Assembly (NCBI GenBank): GCA_965217865.1
Contig: CBDCJO010000002.1
Span: forward strand, 4,096,001-4,160,000
DNA length: 64,000 bases
Direction of reading: 5' to 3'
Origin: Candidatus Latescibacterota bacterium
GTDB lineage: Bacteria > Latescibacterota > UBA2968 > SICM01
Under the pieces are notes generated by a model. The model ran no database searches and was not told the DNA's origin. It saw nothing but the letters and a program-made list of their open reading frames with translations. The position numbers and the translations under genes were made by a program. This document shows positions 40,496 through 50,990 of this stretch, piece after piece; positions within the stretch are counted from its first letter, which is position 1, and every line of letters starts with the position of its first letter.

Positions 40496-41281
40496 ATGCC
40501 CAAAGCGTCCAATTTGATGGACCCAATCAAACGTTCTCAGATCTGGAAGTCGATCTTCCGGCACGACATCCCGTCCGAAGACCGGGGACGGGCACAGGTC
40601 GTTCTGACCAATGTCTTTCTGCACCTCCATCCCGTCCGGACGCCCAAATCAGGGATCCGTGTCCGCTATACGTGGTGCATGGGGGGGCTTACGTTTTTCC
40701 TCTTCCTCGTGGAGACGGTAACGGGCATCCTGTTGATGTTCTATTACCGACCGACTCTGGAGTTCGCCTACACGGATATGATCGACCTCGGTGAGCAGGT
40801 GCCGCTGGGCATCTTGCGGGAGATCCACAGGTGGGGGGCGCACGCGATGGTGTTGAGCGTCTGGCTCCACATGCTTCGGGTGTTCATGACGGGAGCCTAC
40901 AAGCCGCCCAGGGAGTTCAACTGGGCCATCGGCGTTATCCTTCTCATAGTGACACTCTTCCTCAGTTTCACGGGCTACCTGCTTCCCTGGGATCAGCTGG
41001 CCATCTGGGCGGTGACGGTCGGAACGAATATGGCGCGCGCCACCCCCTTCATGGGACACGAGGGGCCCGGCGCGGCATTCTTGAAGTTCGGGGACATCAA
41101 TCTGGTTCACGCCGGGAGCGACGTCCGCTTCGCCTTGCTCGCCGGACGGTTCGTCGGGGAGGGGACGCTGCTCCGCTTCTATGTACTCCACTGCCTGGCC
41201 GTTCCGTTTCTTGCCGCGCTTTTGATGGCGGTACACTTCTGGCGGGTTCGGAAGGACGGCGGCATATCAGGACCGCTGTGA
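40496..41281 (+). CDS. qcrB: Cytochrome b6-type (N-terminal cytochrome b) subunit
   Basis: [36 protein letters not shown]. Confidence 0.92.
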   Translation: MPKASNLMDPIKRSQIWKSIFRHDIPSEDRGRAQVVLTNVFLHLHPVRTPKSGIRVRYTWCMGGLTFFLFLVETVTGILLMFYYRPTLEFAYTDMIDLGEQVPLGILREIHRWGAHAMVLSVWLHMLRVFMTGAYKPPREFNWAIGVILLIVTLFLSFTGYLLPWDQLAIWAVTVGTNMARATPFMGHEGPGAAFLKFGDINLVHAGSDVRFALLAGRFVGEGTLLRFYVLHCLAVPFLAALLMAVHFWRVRKDGGISGPL

Positions 41282-41348
41282 TCCGGGACCGCCGATTTCA
41301 TCGCAATCCCACCTTTTTCATTCATTATCTCCCTGGTTATAAAGAATC

Positions 41349-42425
41349 GTGATGTTCCTTAAAGAGGCCATCAATTTCATTTGCACACCCGAATACCTTC
41401 TTCCCCTCTCCGCCGTTCTTTTCCTCCTGGCCCTCCGCACCCGATTGATCTGGACCAACAAGGTCGGGCTGATCGCCCTTATCGGGACGATCGGTTTTTT
41501 TGTTCTCAGCATGTGGGACCCCGATTTCGCGATCATCGTCAAGAAACCGGACAACGTACCGATCGTATCCCTGATCTTTTTGATGGGCTTTTTCATCTGG
41601 TTCAGCATGAAACAGGGATATGAGAACGACGATCGGATCGCAAGGGGGGAGGCGGTGGCTGAGAAGGGGGAATTCCAGGAGAAGATCTTCACCTGGCCTC
41701 ACCTGGTCTACATCGAGTTCATCGCGCTGATCCTGTGCACGGTCCTGCTGGTGGCCTGGTCCATCCTGATCAAAGCCCCGCTGGAAGAGCCCGCGAATCC
41801 CGCCAAGACGCCCAACCCTTCCAAAGCCCCCTGGTACTTTCTCGGCCTGCAGGAGATGCTGGTTTACTTCGACCCATGGATCGCGGGCGTCGTGCTTCCC
41901 GGCATCATCGTCGTGGGCCTGATGGCCATTCCGTACATCGACCGGAACGGCAGAGGATCGGGGTACTACACCTTCAAGCAGAGGCCGTTTGCCATCACGA
42001 TCTTCCTGTTGGGTTTTCTGATCCTGTGGGTGCAGATGGTGGTGCTTGGCACTTTTCTACGGGGGCCGAACTGGAACTTCTTCGGACCGTATGAGTTTTG
42101 GGATATTCACAAGCTTGTTCCTCTGTCGAACGTCAACCTCTCCGAGTACATCTACGTCAAGGGATTTGCGACAGGTCTCCCGAAGAACATCCTCCTGCGG
42201 GAGATGTGGGGGTTTCTGCTGATTTTTCTTTATTTTACAGCGCTTCCACCGATCCTCTCACGGACCTGGTTGAAGGACTTTTATAACCAACTGGGATTCG
42301 TCCGGTACAATGTGCTCGCCTTTCTGCTCTTGACGATGCTCTCGCTCCCCATCAAGATGGTATTAAGATGGGTATTCAACCTGAAATACCTCGTCGCGAT
42401 TCCCGAGTTCTTCTTTAACATATAG
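41349..42425 (+). CDS. Cytochrome b C-terminal / subunit IV-like protein, extended
   Basis: APLEEPANP..TPNPSKAPWYFLGLQE, IPYIDRN, RPFA. Confidence 0.85.
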   Translation: MMFLKEAINFICTPEYLLPLSAVLFLLALRTRLIWTNKVGLIALIGTIGFFVLSMWDPDFAIIVKKPDNVPIVSLIFLMGFFIWFSMKQGYENDDRIARGEAVAEKGEFQEKIFTWPHLVYIEFIALILCTVLLVAWSILIKAPLEEPANPAKTPNPSKAPWYFLGLQEMLVYFDPWIAGVVLPGIIVVGLMAIPYIDRNGRGSGYYTFKQRPFAITIFLLGFLILWVQMVVLGTFLRGPNWNFFGPYEFWDIHKLVPLSNVNLSEYIYVKGFATGLPKNILLREMWGFLLIFLYFTALPPILSRTWLKDFYNQLGFVRYNVLAFLLLTMLSLPIKMVLRWVFNLKYLVAIPEFFFNI

Positions 42426-42565
42426 GAGAAAAAACGTCAAACGTGAGACGTGAAAAGGCAGTGGCAGTGGCAGGAAAAGTGCCAAGACTTGAGAATACAT
42501 TTTGACTTCTGTATCAATCCACTAAAACTTTAACATCTTAGGTATTCTACACAACGGAGCTTCGG

Positions 42566-45556
42566 TTGGAAGCGCCCCATTTCGTCGCTTACGTCTACCG
42601 GATCAACAGGGTCAACGCGATCTTCGCGCTCTCCAGCATCCTGCTCCTGGTCTTCCTGGTCTGGATGGTCTGGCAGGACTTTGACAGGGATTGGAAGCGG
42701 TTTCAGCGGGCGGCCAACCGGCTGGAGATCGCCAAGACGGAGGCCGAGCACGAGATGGCTGCGCAGGAGATCGACCGGGAGAGGCTGGGCCAGCTGGAGA
42801 ACGATCTGGGGGCTGCGCGCTCAAATCTTGCCCTTAGGGAGGGGGAGATCGAAGCCATTCAGGGGAAGGTTGACGACATCTCCGACAGGTTCTACAAGGC
42901 GGATATGGACTTCCGGTTTGCCAAGGCGGATTACGACGTGCTGCGTTTCGAGTATGAGGAGGCCGCCCTGCACTACGGAGAAGACGGGGCTGTGAAGGAG
43001 AAGGAGGAGCTGGACCGGCTCGGGGCCAGGATCAAGGGGGAACTCGCGATCGCGGTCGAGCAGGTCCAGGAGGAGGAGGCCGGGGAAACGAAGCGAATGA
43101 CAGACGCCACAGCGGATCGGGATGAGATCGAACGCCAGATCGCCGCAATGGAGAAGGCGACAAACCGGCTGGATCGGAAGCTGGCCGCCATTGGGGATAA
43201 CTTTTTCAACACCTTCTTCCGCAATCAACCGCTGCTGGATTTTCTGGCCCCGTCGGAGAAGGTCCTCCAGGTCGTGATTCCGGGCATTCTGGATGACGTG
43301 AACTTCGTTCAGGTTCCGAAGGTGGACCGGTGCCAGACGTGCCACCTGAACATCGACCGGCCCGGCTACGAGGTCGACGCTGAGACCGGCTTCTTCCAGG
43401 ATGATGCCCTCCGGGAACACATGGAGAAGGAACATGCGGACCTGTCGGAGCGGAAGGCCAATACCCGGGTGTTTGCGACCCACCCGAACCCGGACCTGGT
43501 TCTCGGGGGGGGGTCCCCACACCCGATCGAAAATTCGGGATGCACTATCTGTCACCTTGGCCGGGGGCGGGGGACCACGTTCACGAACACGGCGCACACC
43601 CCGAAGGATGTCGAAGAGGAAAATGCGTGGGAGGAACGTTACGGGTGGCATAAGATGCATTATTGGGAGCATCCGATGCTTCCGATGATCTACTCCGAGG
43701 CGATGTGCGCGAAGTGCCACAAGGGCGTGGTGGACATCCCGAAAGCGGACAGGCTGAATCGGGGGAGGCAGCTTGTTGAAACCCTGGGATGTTTCGGGTG
43801 TCACAAGATCGGGGGCTACGAAGGGCTGCGGAAGGTGGGGCCGGATCTGACGAGGATCAGGGGGAAGCTGGAACCGGAATGGGTTTCCAAATGGGTGAAC
43901 AACCCGAAGGACTTCCGGCCGACGACCAAGATGCCGCGCTTCTTCCATCTGTCGAACACAAGCGAACCCGAGGACCGGGCTCGAAGCATTGCGTTGATCA
44001 ATGGGATCACGGCTTATCTGTTCGAGAACTCGGAGGGGTCGTCCTATCCCCCGCCGCCTGTTCGGGGAAACCCGTCTCGAGGCCGAGAGCTGGTGGAGAA
44101 GGTGGGGTGCAAGGGCTGTCACGTGGTGGGTAGGGTGGATCAGACCGAGCGGTCGTACGACGACCGGAGCTTCGGTCCGAACCTGAACCAGATCGGGAGC
44201 AAGGTGAAGCTCGGGTGGCTGTTCGCGTGGCTGAAGGACCCTCACGACTACTTCCCGGAGACGCGCATGCCGGACCTCCGGTTGACGGATCAGGAAGCTT
44301 CGGACATCGCTGCGTATCTGATGATCTTCACGAATTCCGAATTCGAAGGAATGAGCCCGGAACGGACCGAGGACGCGGCCCGGGACGAGATGGCGTTTTT
44401 CTACTTGCGCGCCAAGATGACGGACAAACTGGCGCGAAAGAAACTTTCGGAGATGTCGGTCCGGGAAAAGGATCTGTTCCTGGGCGAACTGGCGATCTCC
44501 CGGCAGGGCTGCTACGGGTGCCACATCATCGGAGGATTCGAGAAGGCGCAGAAGATCGGGACCGAGCTGACGGTGGCGGGGGACAAGGCGATCGACAGGC
44601 TGGAATTCGGGTTCATCGACATCCCGAAAACACGGCACGATTGGTTCTTCCAGAAGCTGAAGGACCCCCGGGTCTTCGACGAAGGGAAGTTTAAGGCCTA
44701 CGACGAGAAGCTTCGGATGCCGAATTTCAATCTATCGGATGAAGACATCCATTCCATCACGATGGCGCTTCTGAGCTTCACGAAGGACGACGTCCCCCTG
44801 AGGAGCAAGAAGAATCTTTCTCCCTCTGAAATTGCGGTCGTGCGGGGACAACGCCTGGTCCGAGACCACAACTGCAGGGGGTGCCATATCATCGAGGATG
44901 CCGGGGGTGCGATCCGTCCATCAATCGCAGGGGCCTACGCGGAGGAGGGGCGTTCGGAGGCGGATGCCCTGGCCTTCAGCCCGCCTGTGCTTCACGGAGA
45001 AGGGGCGAAAGTCCAACCCGAATGGCTGTTTGAATTTTTGAAAAAGCCGACTCCGATCCGTCCCTGGCTGGAGGTGAGGATGCCGACGTTCGGGTTCTCC
45101 GACGGGGAAGCAACCGATATCGCCAAATATTTCTCCGCGCTCGACAACGAGGTCTTTCCTTACGAGACCATCCCGGAAAAAAGGATGAGGGGGAGGGAAA
45201 TGCGTGGGGCGCAGAAACTGTTCAGCAAGGAATATTTCGATTGCCTGAACTGCCACCAGGAGGGAGAGAAGAAACCCCTCGGGGATCCGTCGCGATGGGC
45301 CCCGGACCTGGCCAACGCGAGGGATCGGCTGAGGCCGAAGTGGATCGCGGATTGGTTGCGCGATCCGCAGAAGATCCAGCCCGGTACGAAGATGCCAAGC
45401 TTCTTCGACGAGATGATCTATTTGCCGGAGGAGATGAACCAATACCTGACCCTTCCGGAGGGCGTTGTTCCGGAGGACGGTCTGATTGAGATTCCGAGCC
45501 GGCCGGTGATCAATCTGGTGACCGATCACATTGTTTACGGGATGCATCAGAATTGA
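42566..45556 (+). CDS. Membrane-anchored octaheme c-type cytochrome with coiled-coil stalk
   Basis: 8 CxxCH motifs: CQTCH, CTICH, CAKCH, CFGCH, CKGCH, CYGCH, CRGCH, CLNCH. Confidence 0.9.
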   Translation: MEAPHFVAYVYRINRVNAIFALSSILLLVFLVWMVWQDFDRDWKRFQRAANRLEIAKTEAEHEMAAQEIDRERLGQLENDLGAARSNLALREGEIEAIQGKVDDISDRFYKADMDFRFAKADYDVLRFEYEEAALHYGEDGAVKEKEELDRLGARIKGELAIAVEQVQEEEAGETKRMTDATADRDEIERQIAAMEKATNRLDRKLAAIGDNFFNTFFRNQPLLDFLAPSEKVLQVVIPGILDDVNFVQVPKVDRCQTCHLNIDRPGYEVDAETGFFQDDALREHMEKEHADLSERKANTRVFATHPNPDLVLGGGSPHPIENSGCTICHLGRGRGTTFTNTAHTPKDVEEENAWEERYGWHKMHYWEHPMLPMIYSEAMCAKCHKGVVDIPKADRLNRGRQLVETLGCFGCHKIGGYEGLRKVGPDLTRIRGKLEPEWVSKWVNNPKDFRPTTKMPRFFHLSNTSEPEDRARSIALINGITAYLFENSEGSSYPPPPVRGNPSRGRELVEKVGCKGCHVVGRVDQTERSYDDRSFGPNLNQIGSKVKLGWLFAWLKDPHDYFPETRMPDLRLTDQEASDIAAYLMIFTNSEFEGMSPERTEDAARDEMAFFYLRAKMTDKLARKKLSEMSVREKDLFLGELAISRQGCYGCHIIGGFEKAQKIGTELTVAGDKAIDRLEFGFIDIPKTRHDWFFQKLKDPRVFDEGKFKAYDEKLRMPNFNLSDEDIHSITMALLSFTKDDVPLRSKKNLSPSEIAVVRGQRLVRDHNCRGCHIIEDAGGAIRPSIAGAYAEEGRSEADALAFSPPVLHGEGAKVQPEWLFEFLKKPTPIRPWLEVRMPTFGFSDGEATDIAKYFSALDNEVFPYETIPEKRMRGREMRGAQKLFSKEYFDCLNCHQEGEKKPLGDPSRWAPDLANARDRLRPKWIADWLRDPQKIQPGTKMPSFFDEMIYLPEEMNQYLTLPEGVVPEDGLIEIPSRPVINLVTDHIVYGMHQN

Positions 45557-45599
45557 TGGGCAAACTTAACGCAACCAACCTTTTACAGGGGGATGTTCG

Positions 45600-46328
45600 A
45601 TGAAGTACCGATATTTAACGGTGGTTATGGGGATATCAGCCCTGCTGGTTGTCCCGGATGTCCTCACGGCGGGGGGGACGGTTTCCGGTAAGATCGTCTA
45701 TGACGGAAAGGTGCCGGGCAGACGGAAAATCCAGATGGCGGCCGACCCGATCTGCGCGGCGAAGCATACCACGACCGTCCGCAGCGAGGCGATGATCGTG
45801 AATGAGAACGGGACGCTGAAGAATGTCTTCGTATACGTGAAGAAAGGGCTGGAGGGGAAGACGTTCGAGACGCCGACCGAACCGGTTGTCCTGGACCAGA
45901 ACGGCTGCATCTATAAGCCGCACGTGCTCGGCGTGCAGGCGGGGCAGCCGGTAAAGATCCTGAACAACGACGGGACGCTCCACAACATCCATCCCAAGCC
46001 GAAGGTGAACGAAGAGTTCAACCTGGCCATGCCGAAGTTCTTGAAGAAGAAGATCCGGACGTTCGAGAAGGCGGAGGTGATGATCCCGGTGAAGTGCGAC
46101 GTGCACCCGTGGATGCAGAGCTTCATCGGCGTCCTGGATCATCCTTTCTACAGCGTGAGTGGGGATGAAGGGGGATTTGAGTTCAAGGCATTGGGCGCCG
46201 GGACGTACACGATCGAGGCCTGGCACGAGATCTGCGGTTCGCAGACGCAGGAGGTCTCAGTGAAGGACGGCGAAGAAACGGCGGTCGAGTTCACGTTCAA
46301 GTTGCCCGCTCGGAAGAAGAAAAAATGA
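45600..46328 (+). CDS. Secreted cupredoxin-like / carboxypeptidase-regulatory-like domain protein
   Basis: Signal peptide; LDQNGC.Y.PHV, LHNIH, KCDVHPWM, GTYTIEAWHE. Confidence 0.75.
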   Translation: MKYRYLTVVMGISALLVVPDVLTAGGTVSGKIVYDGKVPGRRKIQMAADPICAAKHTTTVRSEAMIVNENGTLKNVFVYVKKGLEGKTFETPTEPVVLDQNGCIYKPHVLGVQAGQPVKILNNDGTLHNIHPKPKVNEEFNLAMPKFLKKKIRTFEKAEVMIPVKCDVHPWMQSFIGVLDHPFYSVSGDEGGFEFKALGAGTYTIEAWHEICGSQTQEVSVKDGEETAVEFTFKLPARKKKK

Positions 46329-46598
46329 AGGAACAATCGGGGAAGGTCATTCGGGGTTAGGTCAGACCCATAATTGAATCCTGGTTGTTCATCAAGAACA
46401 TTCTGCAGCAGATTTTTCTCGGGCGCCCTTCGACTCCGTTCCGCAAAAAACGCGGAACTCCGCTCAGGGTGTTTTCATTATGGTTTATGATTCCCTTAAC
46501 TATCGCGGGGTTCAATTTGCTCAGCCGAAACCAAAAAAAATGTCCGCATCTTCCGTGACTGTTGTAATGTAAGACTCTAATAGAGGGAGGGGCCCTGG

Positions 46599-47363
46599 AT
46601 GGAGGAAAAGCTCTACGGATACTGGCTTCCGATAAACGTCTCGACTTACGGCGGTGAGGTCGATCGTCTGATTAACGTGACGCACTGGATTATGATTGCC
46701 CTGTTCGTCGGGTGGGGGATCTATTTCTTCTACTGCCTGATCCGGTTTCGGGAGCGTTCCGACCAGGGGGCGGTCTATCAGCCGATCCGGGCGAAGGCCT
46801 CAAAATATGTCGAGATCGCGGTGATCGTCGCGGAGGCGGTCCTGCTGATCGGTTTTTCGATGCCGGTCTGGGCGCACTTCAAGCACGATTTCCCGGCGGA
46901 GAAAGATGCGCTTGTCCTGCGTGTGGTCGCAGAACAGTTCGCGTGGAACATCCACTATCCCGGGAGAGACGGGATATTCGGGAGGGCCGCGTCGGAATTC
47001 ATCAGCCCGAACAATCTTCTCGGCCTGGACCCGGACGATCCAAACGGGGGGGATGACCTCAACGCGATCAACCAGCTCCATTTTCCCGTCGACAAGCCTG
47101 TCATCGTCGATCTGTCGTCCAAGGACGTCATCCACAGCTTCAAGATTCCGGTGATGAGATTGACTCAGGACGCGATTCCGGGGACCCCGATCCGAATCTG
47201 GTTTAAGGCCAACAAGACAGGCACGTTCGATCTTGCCTGTGCCCAGCTCTGCGGGCTGGGCCATTACCGGATGAAGGGGACGGTCAGCATCGATACCCCT
47301 GAGGCGTTTACGGAGTGGCTGGAAGGGCAGTATGCCGACCTTGAGGAGGAGTTCGCCTTTTAA
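46599..47363 (+). CDS. coxB: Cytochrome c oxidase subunit II
   Basis: QFAW, DVIHSF, CuA motif CAQLCGLGHYRM. Confidence 0.93.
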   Translation: MEEKLYGYWLPINVSTYGGEVDRLINVTHWIMIALFVGWGIYFFYCLIRFRERSDQGAVYQPIRAKASKYVEIAVIVAEAVLLIGFSMPVWAHFKHDFPAEKDALVLRVVAEQFAWNIHYPGRDGIFGRAASEFISPNNLLGLDPDDPNGGDDLNAINQLHFPVDKPVIVDLSSKDVIHSFKIPVMRLTQDAIPGTPIRIWFKANKTGTFDLACAQLCGLGHYRMKGTVSIDTPEAFTEWLEGQYADLEEEFAF

Positions 47364-47375
47364 GGAGTCTTATCT

Positions 47376-49154
47376 ATGAGCACGGAACACGCTGAAGGTC
47401 ACGAGGAATTGGGATTCTGGCGAAATTACATCTTTTCCGTGGACCACAAGGTCATCGGGATCCAGTACACGATCACCGCGCTGGTGTTTCTTCTGATCGG
47501 GTTCAGCCTGATGATGCTGATGCGGTGGCAGCTGGCCTACCCGGGCCAGGCGCTTCCGTTCCTGGGCGGGCTTTTCGGGGAGCTCAACATGCCGGAGGGG
47601 GCGATGGTCCCGGAGTTCTACAACCAGCTCGGCGCGATGCACGGGACCATCATGGTCTTTTTGGGGGTCGTGCCCCTGGCGGTGGGCGGGTTCGGCAACT
47701 ATGTCCTTCCGCTTATGATCGGTGCCCCGGACATGGCGTTTCCCAAGATCAACATGGCGAGTTACTGGGCCCTGTTTGTGGGCGGTATCGTGATGCTCTA
47801 CAGTTTCTTCGTCCCGGGTGGGGCCGCGCAGTCCGGTTGGACGTCCTACACCCCGCTGGCCGACATCGCCCCGACGGGACAGACGTATTGGTTGATCGGG
47901 ATGATCTTTCTGATTACCTCATCGCTTCTGGGATCCCTGAATTTCATCGTCACGACGGTGCAGCTCAGGGCCGAGGGCCTGAGCTTCTTCAAGCTGCCGT
48001 TTTTCGTCTGGTCACAGTTTGTGACGGCTTTCCTGCTCCTCCTGGCGTTTCCGCCCCTGGAGGCCGCAGGCGTGCTCCAGTTGATGGACCGCCTGGCCGG
48101 AACGAGTTTCTTCCTCCCCAGCGGGCTGGTGGTGACGAACGAGCCCCTGGAGGTCAGCGGGGGCGGGAGCCCCCTGCTCTGGCAGCACCTGTTCTGGTTC
48201 CTCGCTCACCCCGAGGTCTATGTGTTGATCCTGCCCGGTATGGGGATCGTGGCCGAGGTGATCGCCAACAACACCCGGAAGCCGCTGTGGGGTTACCGGC
48301 CAATGGTCTACTCGCTGATCTTCCTGGGATTCATGTCGTTCATCGTCTGGGCGCATCACATGTTCATGACGGGTATGGGGACCACGATGAGCACGTTCTT
48401 CCAGACCACGACGATGATCATCTCGATTCCCTCGATCATCATTCTGACCGCTCTGGCCCTCAGCCTGCACGGCGGGTCCATCCGATTCACCGTCCCGATG
48501 CTCTTCGCACTGGCGTTTATCCCGATGTTCGCGATCGGCGGGCTCACGGGACTGCCCCTCGGGCTCACGACGGCCGACCTGCACCTTCACGACACCTACT
48601 ACGTGATCGGACACTTCCACTATATTGTGGCCCCGGGGACGATCTTCGCGCTGTTCTCCGGGATCTACTACTGGTTCCCGAAGGTCACGGGACGGATGAT
48701 GAATGCCACACTGGGGAAGATTCACTTCTGGCTATCGCTCATCTTCATGAACGGCGTCTTCATGCCGATGCTCTTCATCGGCATGACCGGGGTTTCCCGG
48801 CGGCTTTACGACCAGACGCAGTATGCATTCGGGGCCGAAGTGCAAGGCCTCACGGTGATGGGTTCGTGGTCGGCATGGCTTCTGGCGATTGCCCAGATTC
48901 CGTTCATCATCAACCTGATCGTGAGCCTTCGGAAGCGGGAGAAGGTTACGTCGGACAATCCGTGGGAGGCGACGACCCTGGAGTGGGCGACGCCCACCCC
49001 GCCCCCGCACGGAAACTTCCTCACGACCCCGAAGGTGTATCGCGGGCCCTACGAGTACAGCGTGCCGGGAAGGTCAACAGATTTCTGGCCGCAGAACCAG
49101 CCCGAGGAGGCTCCCCCGAAGCAACCCACGCAGCCGCAACCTGTATCGGGGTAA
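47376..49154 (+). CDS. coxA: Cytochrome c oxidase subunit I (A-type)
   Basis: DHKVIG, MHGTIM, DMAFP, HPEVY, WAHHMF, HDTYYVIGHFHY. Confidence 0.95.
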   Translation: MSTEHAEGHEELGFWRNYIFSVDHKVIGIQYTITALVFLLIGFSLMMLMRWQLAYPGQALPFLGGLFGELNMPEGAMVPEFYNQLGAMHGTIMVFLGVVPLAVGGFGNYVLPLMIGAPDMAFPKINMASYWALFVGGIVMLYSFFVPGGAAQSGWTSYTPLADIAPTGQTYWLIGMIFLITSSLLGSLNFIVTTVQLRAEGLSFFKLPFFVWSQFVTAFLLLLAFPPLEAAGVLQLMDRLAGTSFFLPSGLVVTNEPLEVSGGGSPLLWQHLFWFLAHPEVYVLILPGMGIVAEVIANNTRKPLWGYRPMVYSLIFLGFMSFIVWAHHMFMTGMGTTMSTFFQTTTMIISIPSIIILTALALSLHGGSIRFTVPMLFALAFIPMFAIGGLTGLPLGLTTADLHLHDTYYVIGHFHYIVAPGTIFALFSGIYYWFPKVTGRMMNATLGKIHFWLSLIFMNGVFMPMLFIGMTGVSRRLYDQTQYAFGAEVQGLTVMGSWSAWLLAIAQIPFIINLIVSLRKREKVTSDNPWEATTLEWATPTPPPHGNFLTTPKVYRGPYEYSVPGRSTDFWPQNQPEEAPPKQPTQPQPVSG

Positions 49155-49200
49155 CGGTTGCTCTGCGCTCATGAACAGAAGGTGACAGGAGGCGTCGATC

Positions 49201-49803
49201 GTGTCTGCCGAGGTTGAGATTCCATACGCTGTGAAACCCCATCCCATCACGGGGATTCCCAACGGAAAGTTGGGTATCTGGTTGTTTCTGGCCTCTGAGG
49301 TCATGCTTTTCGGGGCCCTGTTCTCTACGTACGTGCTGCTTCGCGTGGGCGCCGATACCTGGCCCAACGGATGGGACCTGCTGAATGTCCCCCTGGCGAC
49401 CTTAAACACGATGGTGCTGATTCTGTCGAGCGTTACCATGGTGATGGCATGGGCGTCTCTGAAGATGGAGAATTTCGGAAAGTTCCGGTTCTATCTGGGG
49501 TCGACAATCGTGCTGGCGCTGGTCTTCCTGGTGGTGAAATACATCGAGTACACGGCCAAGTTCGACCACCACATCTATCCGTCCACGAGCACGTTCTACG
49601 CGATCTATTTCACGCTGACCGGTCTCCACGGCCTCCACATCATCGGCGGGGTGCTGGTGAACACCTACCTGCTGCTGCCGGGCAGCGCGTTATGGCGGAC
49701 GGATCCTGAGCGGTTCACGAACCGGATCGAGTACGCGGGACTCTACTGGCACTTTGTAGACCTTGTCTGGATCTTCCTTTTTCCGGTCCTTTATCTCCTG
49801 TGA
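49201..49803 (+). CDS. coxC: Cytochrome c oxidase subunit III
   Basis: WLFLASEVMLFGALF, LTGLHGLH, YWHFVDLVW. Confidence 0.93.
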   Translation: MSAEVEIPYAVKPHPITGIPNGKLGIWLFLASEVMLFGALFSTYVLLRVGADTWPNGWDLLNVPLATLNTMVLILSSVTMVMAWASLKMENFGKFRFYLGSTIVLALVFLVVKYIEYTAKFDHHIYPSTSTFYAIYFTLTGLHGLHIIGGVLVNTYLLLPGSALWRTDPERFTNRIEYAGLYWHFVDLVWIFLFPVLYLL

Positions 49804-49858
49804 TGTCAGCGGATCTTATCGAATATCGCGGGAGACCTCAAGATAAAGGAGCCTTTAT

Positions 49859-50158
49859 ATGGACACTGTGAACCAAGAAGAGATCAAGAAACACGTCAGG
49901 GTCTACCTGATGGTGTTCGTCGCCCTGGCGGCATTGACGGCGGTGACGGTGGGGGTGGCCACCATCAGGTTGCCGATTCACTTGGCGGTTGGCCTCGCGC
50001 TGATTATCGCCACGGTGAAAGGCTCGTTGGTCGCCTGCTATTTCATGCACCTGATCTCTGAGGTCAAGGTGATTTACTGGGTGCTGATCATTACGGTGGC
50101 GTTTTTCATCGTCTTGATGTTGGTTCCTTCTCTCACCATGTTCGAGGGAGCGGGGTAG
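49859..50158 (+). CDS. Cytochrome c oxidase subunit IV
   Basis: KGSLVACYFMHL, three TMs. Confidence 0.88.
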   Translation: MDTVNQEEIKKHVRVYLMVFVALAALTAVTVGVATIRLPIHLAVGLALIIATVKGSLVACYFMHLISEVKVIYWVLIITVAFFIVLMLVPSLTMFEGAG

Positions 50159-50439
50159 GGGCCTTGGAAATGCAAAATGCAAAATGGAAAGTCAGAAGTC
50201 GAAGTCAGATGTCAGAGGTCGGAGGTCAGGGGGAATGAAGATTGAAGATCGACGATTGAAGATTGAGAAAACGTAAGCGTCAGACGTGAAGAAGGCAAAA
50301 GGCAGTGGCAGGAAGAGCAAAGGCAGCAGTAGTGGCAGTAGCGAAGCCGGCGATCGTTAGGGAATCATAAACGTCGCGCCGAAAGCAATGGTTCAGGTTC
50401 TGACAATACAAATTGACGTTCGTGACAATCCATACCGAT

Positions 50440-50646
50440 ATGTCTCTTAAAGCGTTCCACGTGGTTTTTATCTTCGTATCGACCGCCCTGACGGTCGGTT
50501 TCGGTTTCTGGTCCATTCGGGATTATCTCCATTCCGGAAATCCGGCAAGCCTGGCGATGGCGATCGGGGCCTTTGTCGGGTTTGTCGTTCTGGTGTGGTA
50601 TGCGAGGTGGTTCCTGCGCAAGCTAAAACACCTGAGCTATCTATGA
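50440..50646 (+). CDS. Small two-TM hypothetical protein
   Basis: MSLKAFHVVFI...; 68 aa; stop overlaps the next start (ATGA). Confidence 0.6.
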   Translation: MSLKAFHVVFIFVSTALTVGFGFWSIRDYLHSGNPASLAMAIGAFVGFVVLVWYARWFLRKLKHLSYL

Positions 50647-50978
50647 TCCGCGTTTTTCGTCATCTTTCCGCCGTAGTCCTGGCGTGTTGGGGAACCCTTC
50701 TGTATTCCAGGACCGCTGCGGCGTGCGCTGTATGCTTCGGCTCACCGGACTCGGCGATGGCACAAGGCGCAAAAGCGGGCATCCTCATCCTGCTGGGCGT
50801 CATCGGCGCGGTGTTGACGTGGATCGTGGCGGTCACCGTGTTCTGGATCCGGAGGGCCCGCAGGCTCCAGGCGGATGCCGTACCCCGTGCTGAATTTGTA
50901 GCGTTCGAGCCAGATCGGTTACAGCCCGAGATCCCAGGACGAAACGGACGGGATGTCGTTGCGGACGTGGAAAGATAG
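50643..50978 (+). CDS. Small membrane protein with CxxC (ACAVCFG)
   Basis: Signal-like N-terminus, CAVC, one TM; lies among the oxidase maturation genes. Confidence 0.6.
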   Translation: MIRVFRHLSAVVLACWGTLLYSRTAAACAVCFGSPDSAMAQGAKAGILILLGVIGAVLTWIVAVTVFWIRRARRLQADAVPRAEFVAFEPDRLQPEIPGRNGRDVVADVER

Positions 50979-50990
50979 AGAGGAAACCGG

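Noticed and set aside
42821-49174. Long antisense or alternative-frame ORFs (42821-44638, 47525-49174; also 2219-3211, 3091-4116)
   Set aside because: Shadows of high-GC3 genes with no recognisable motifs
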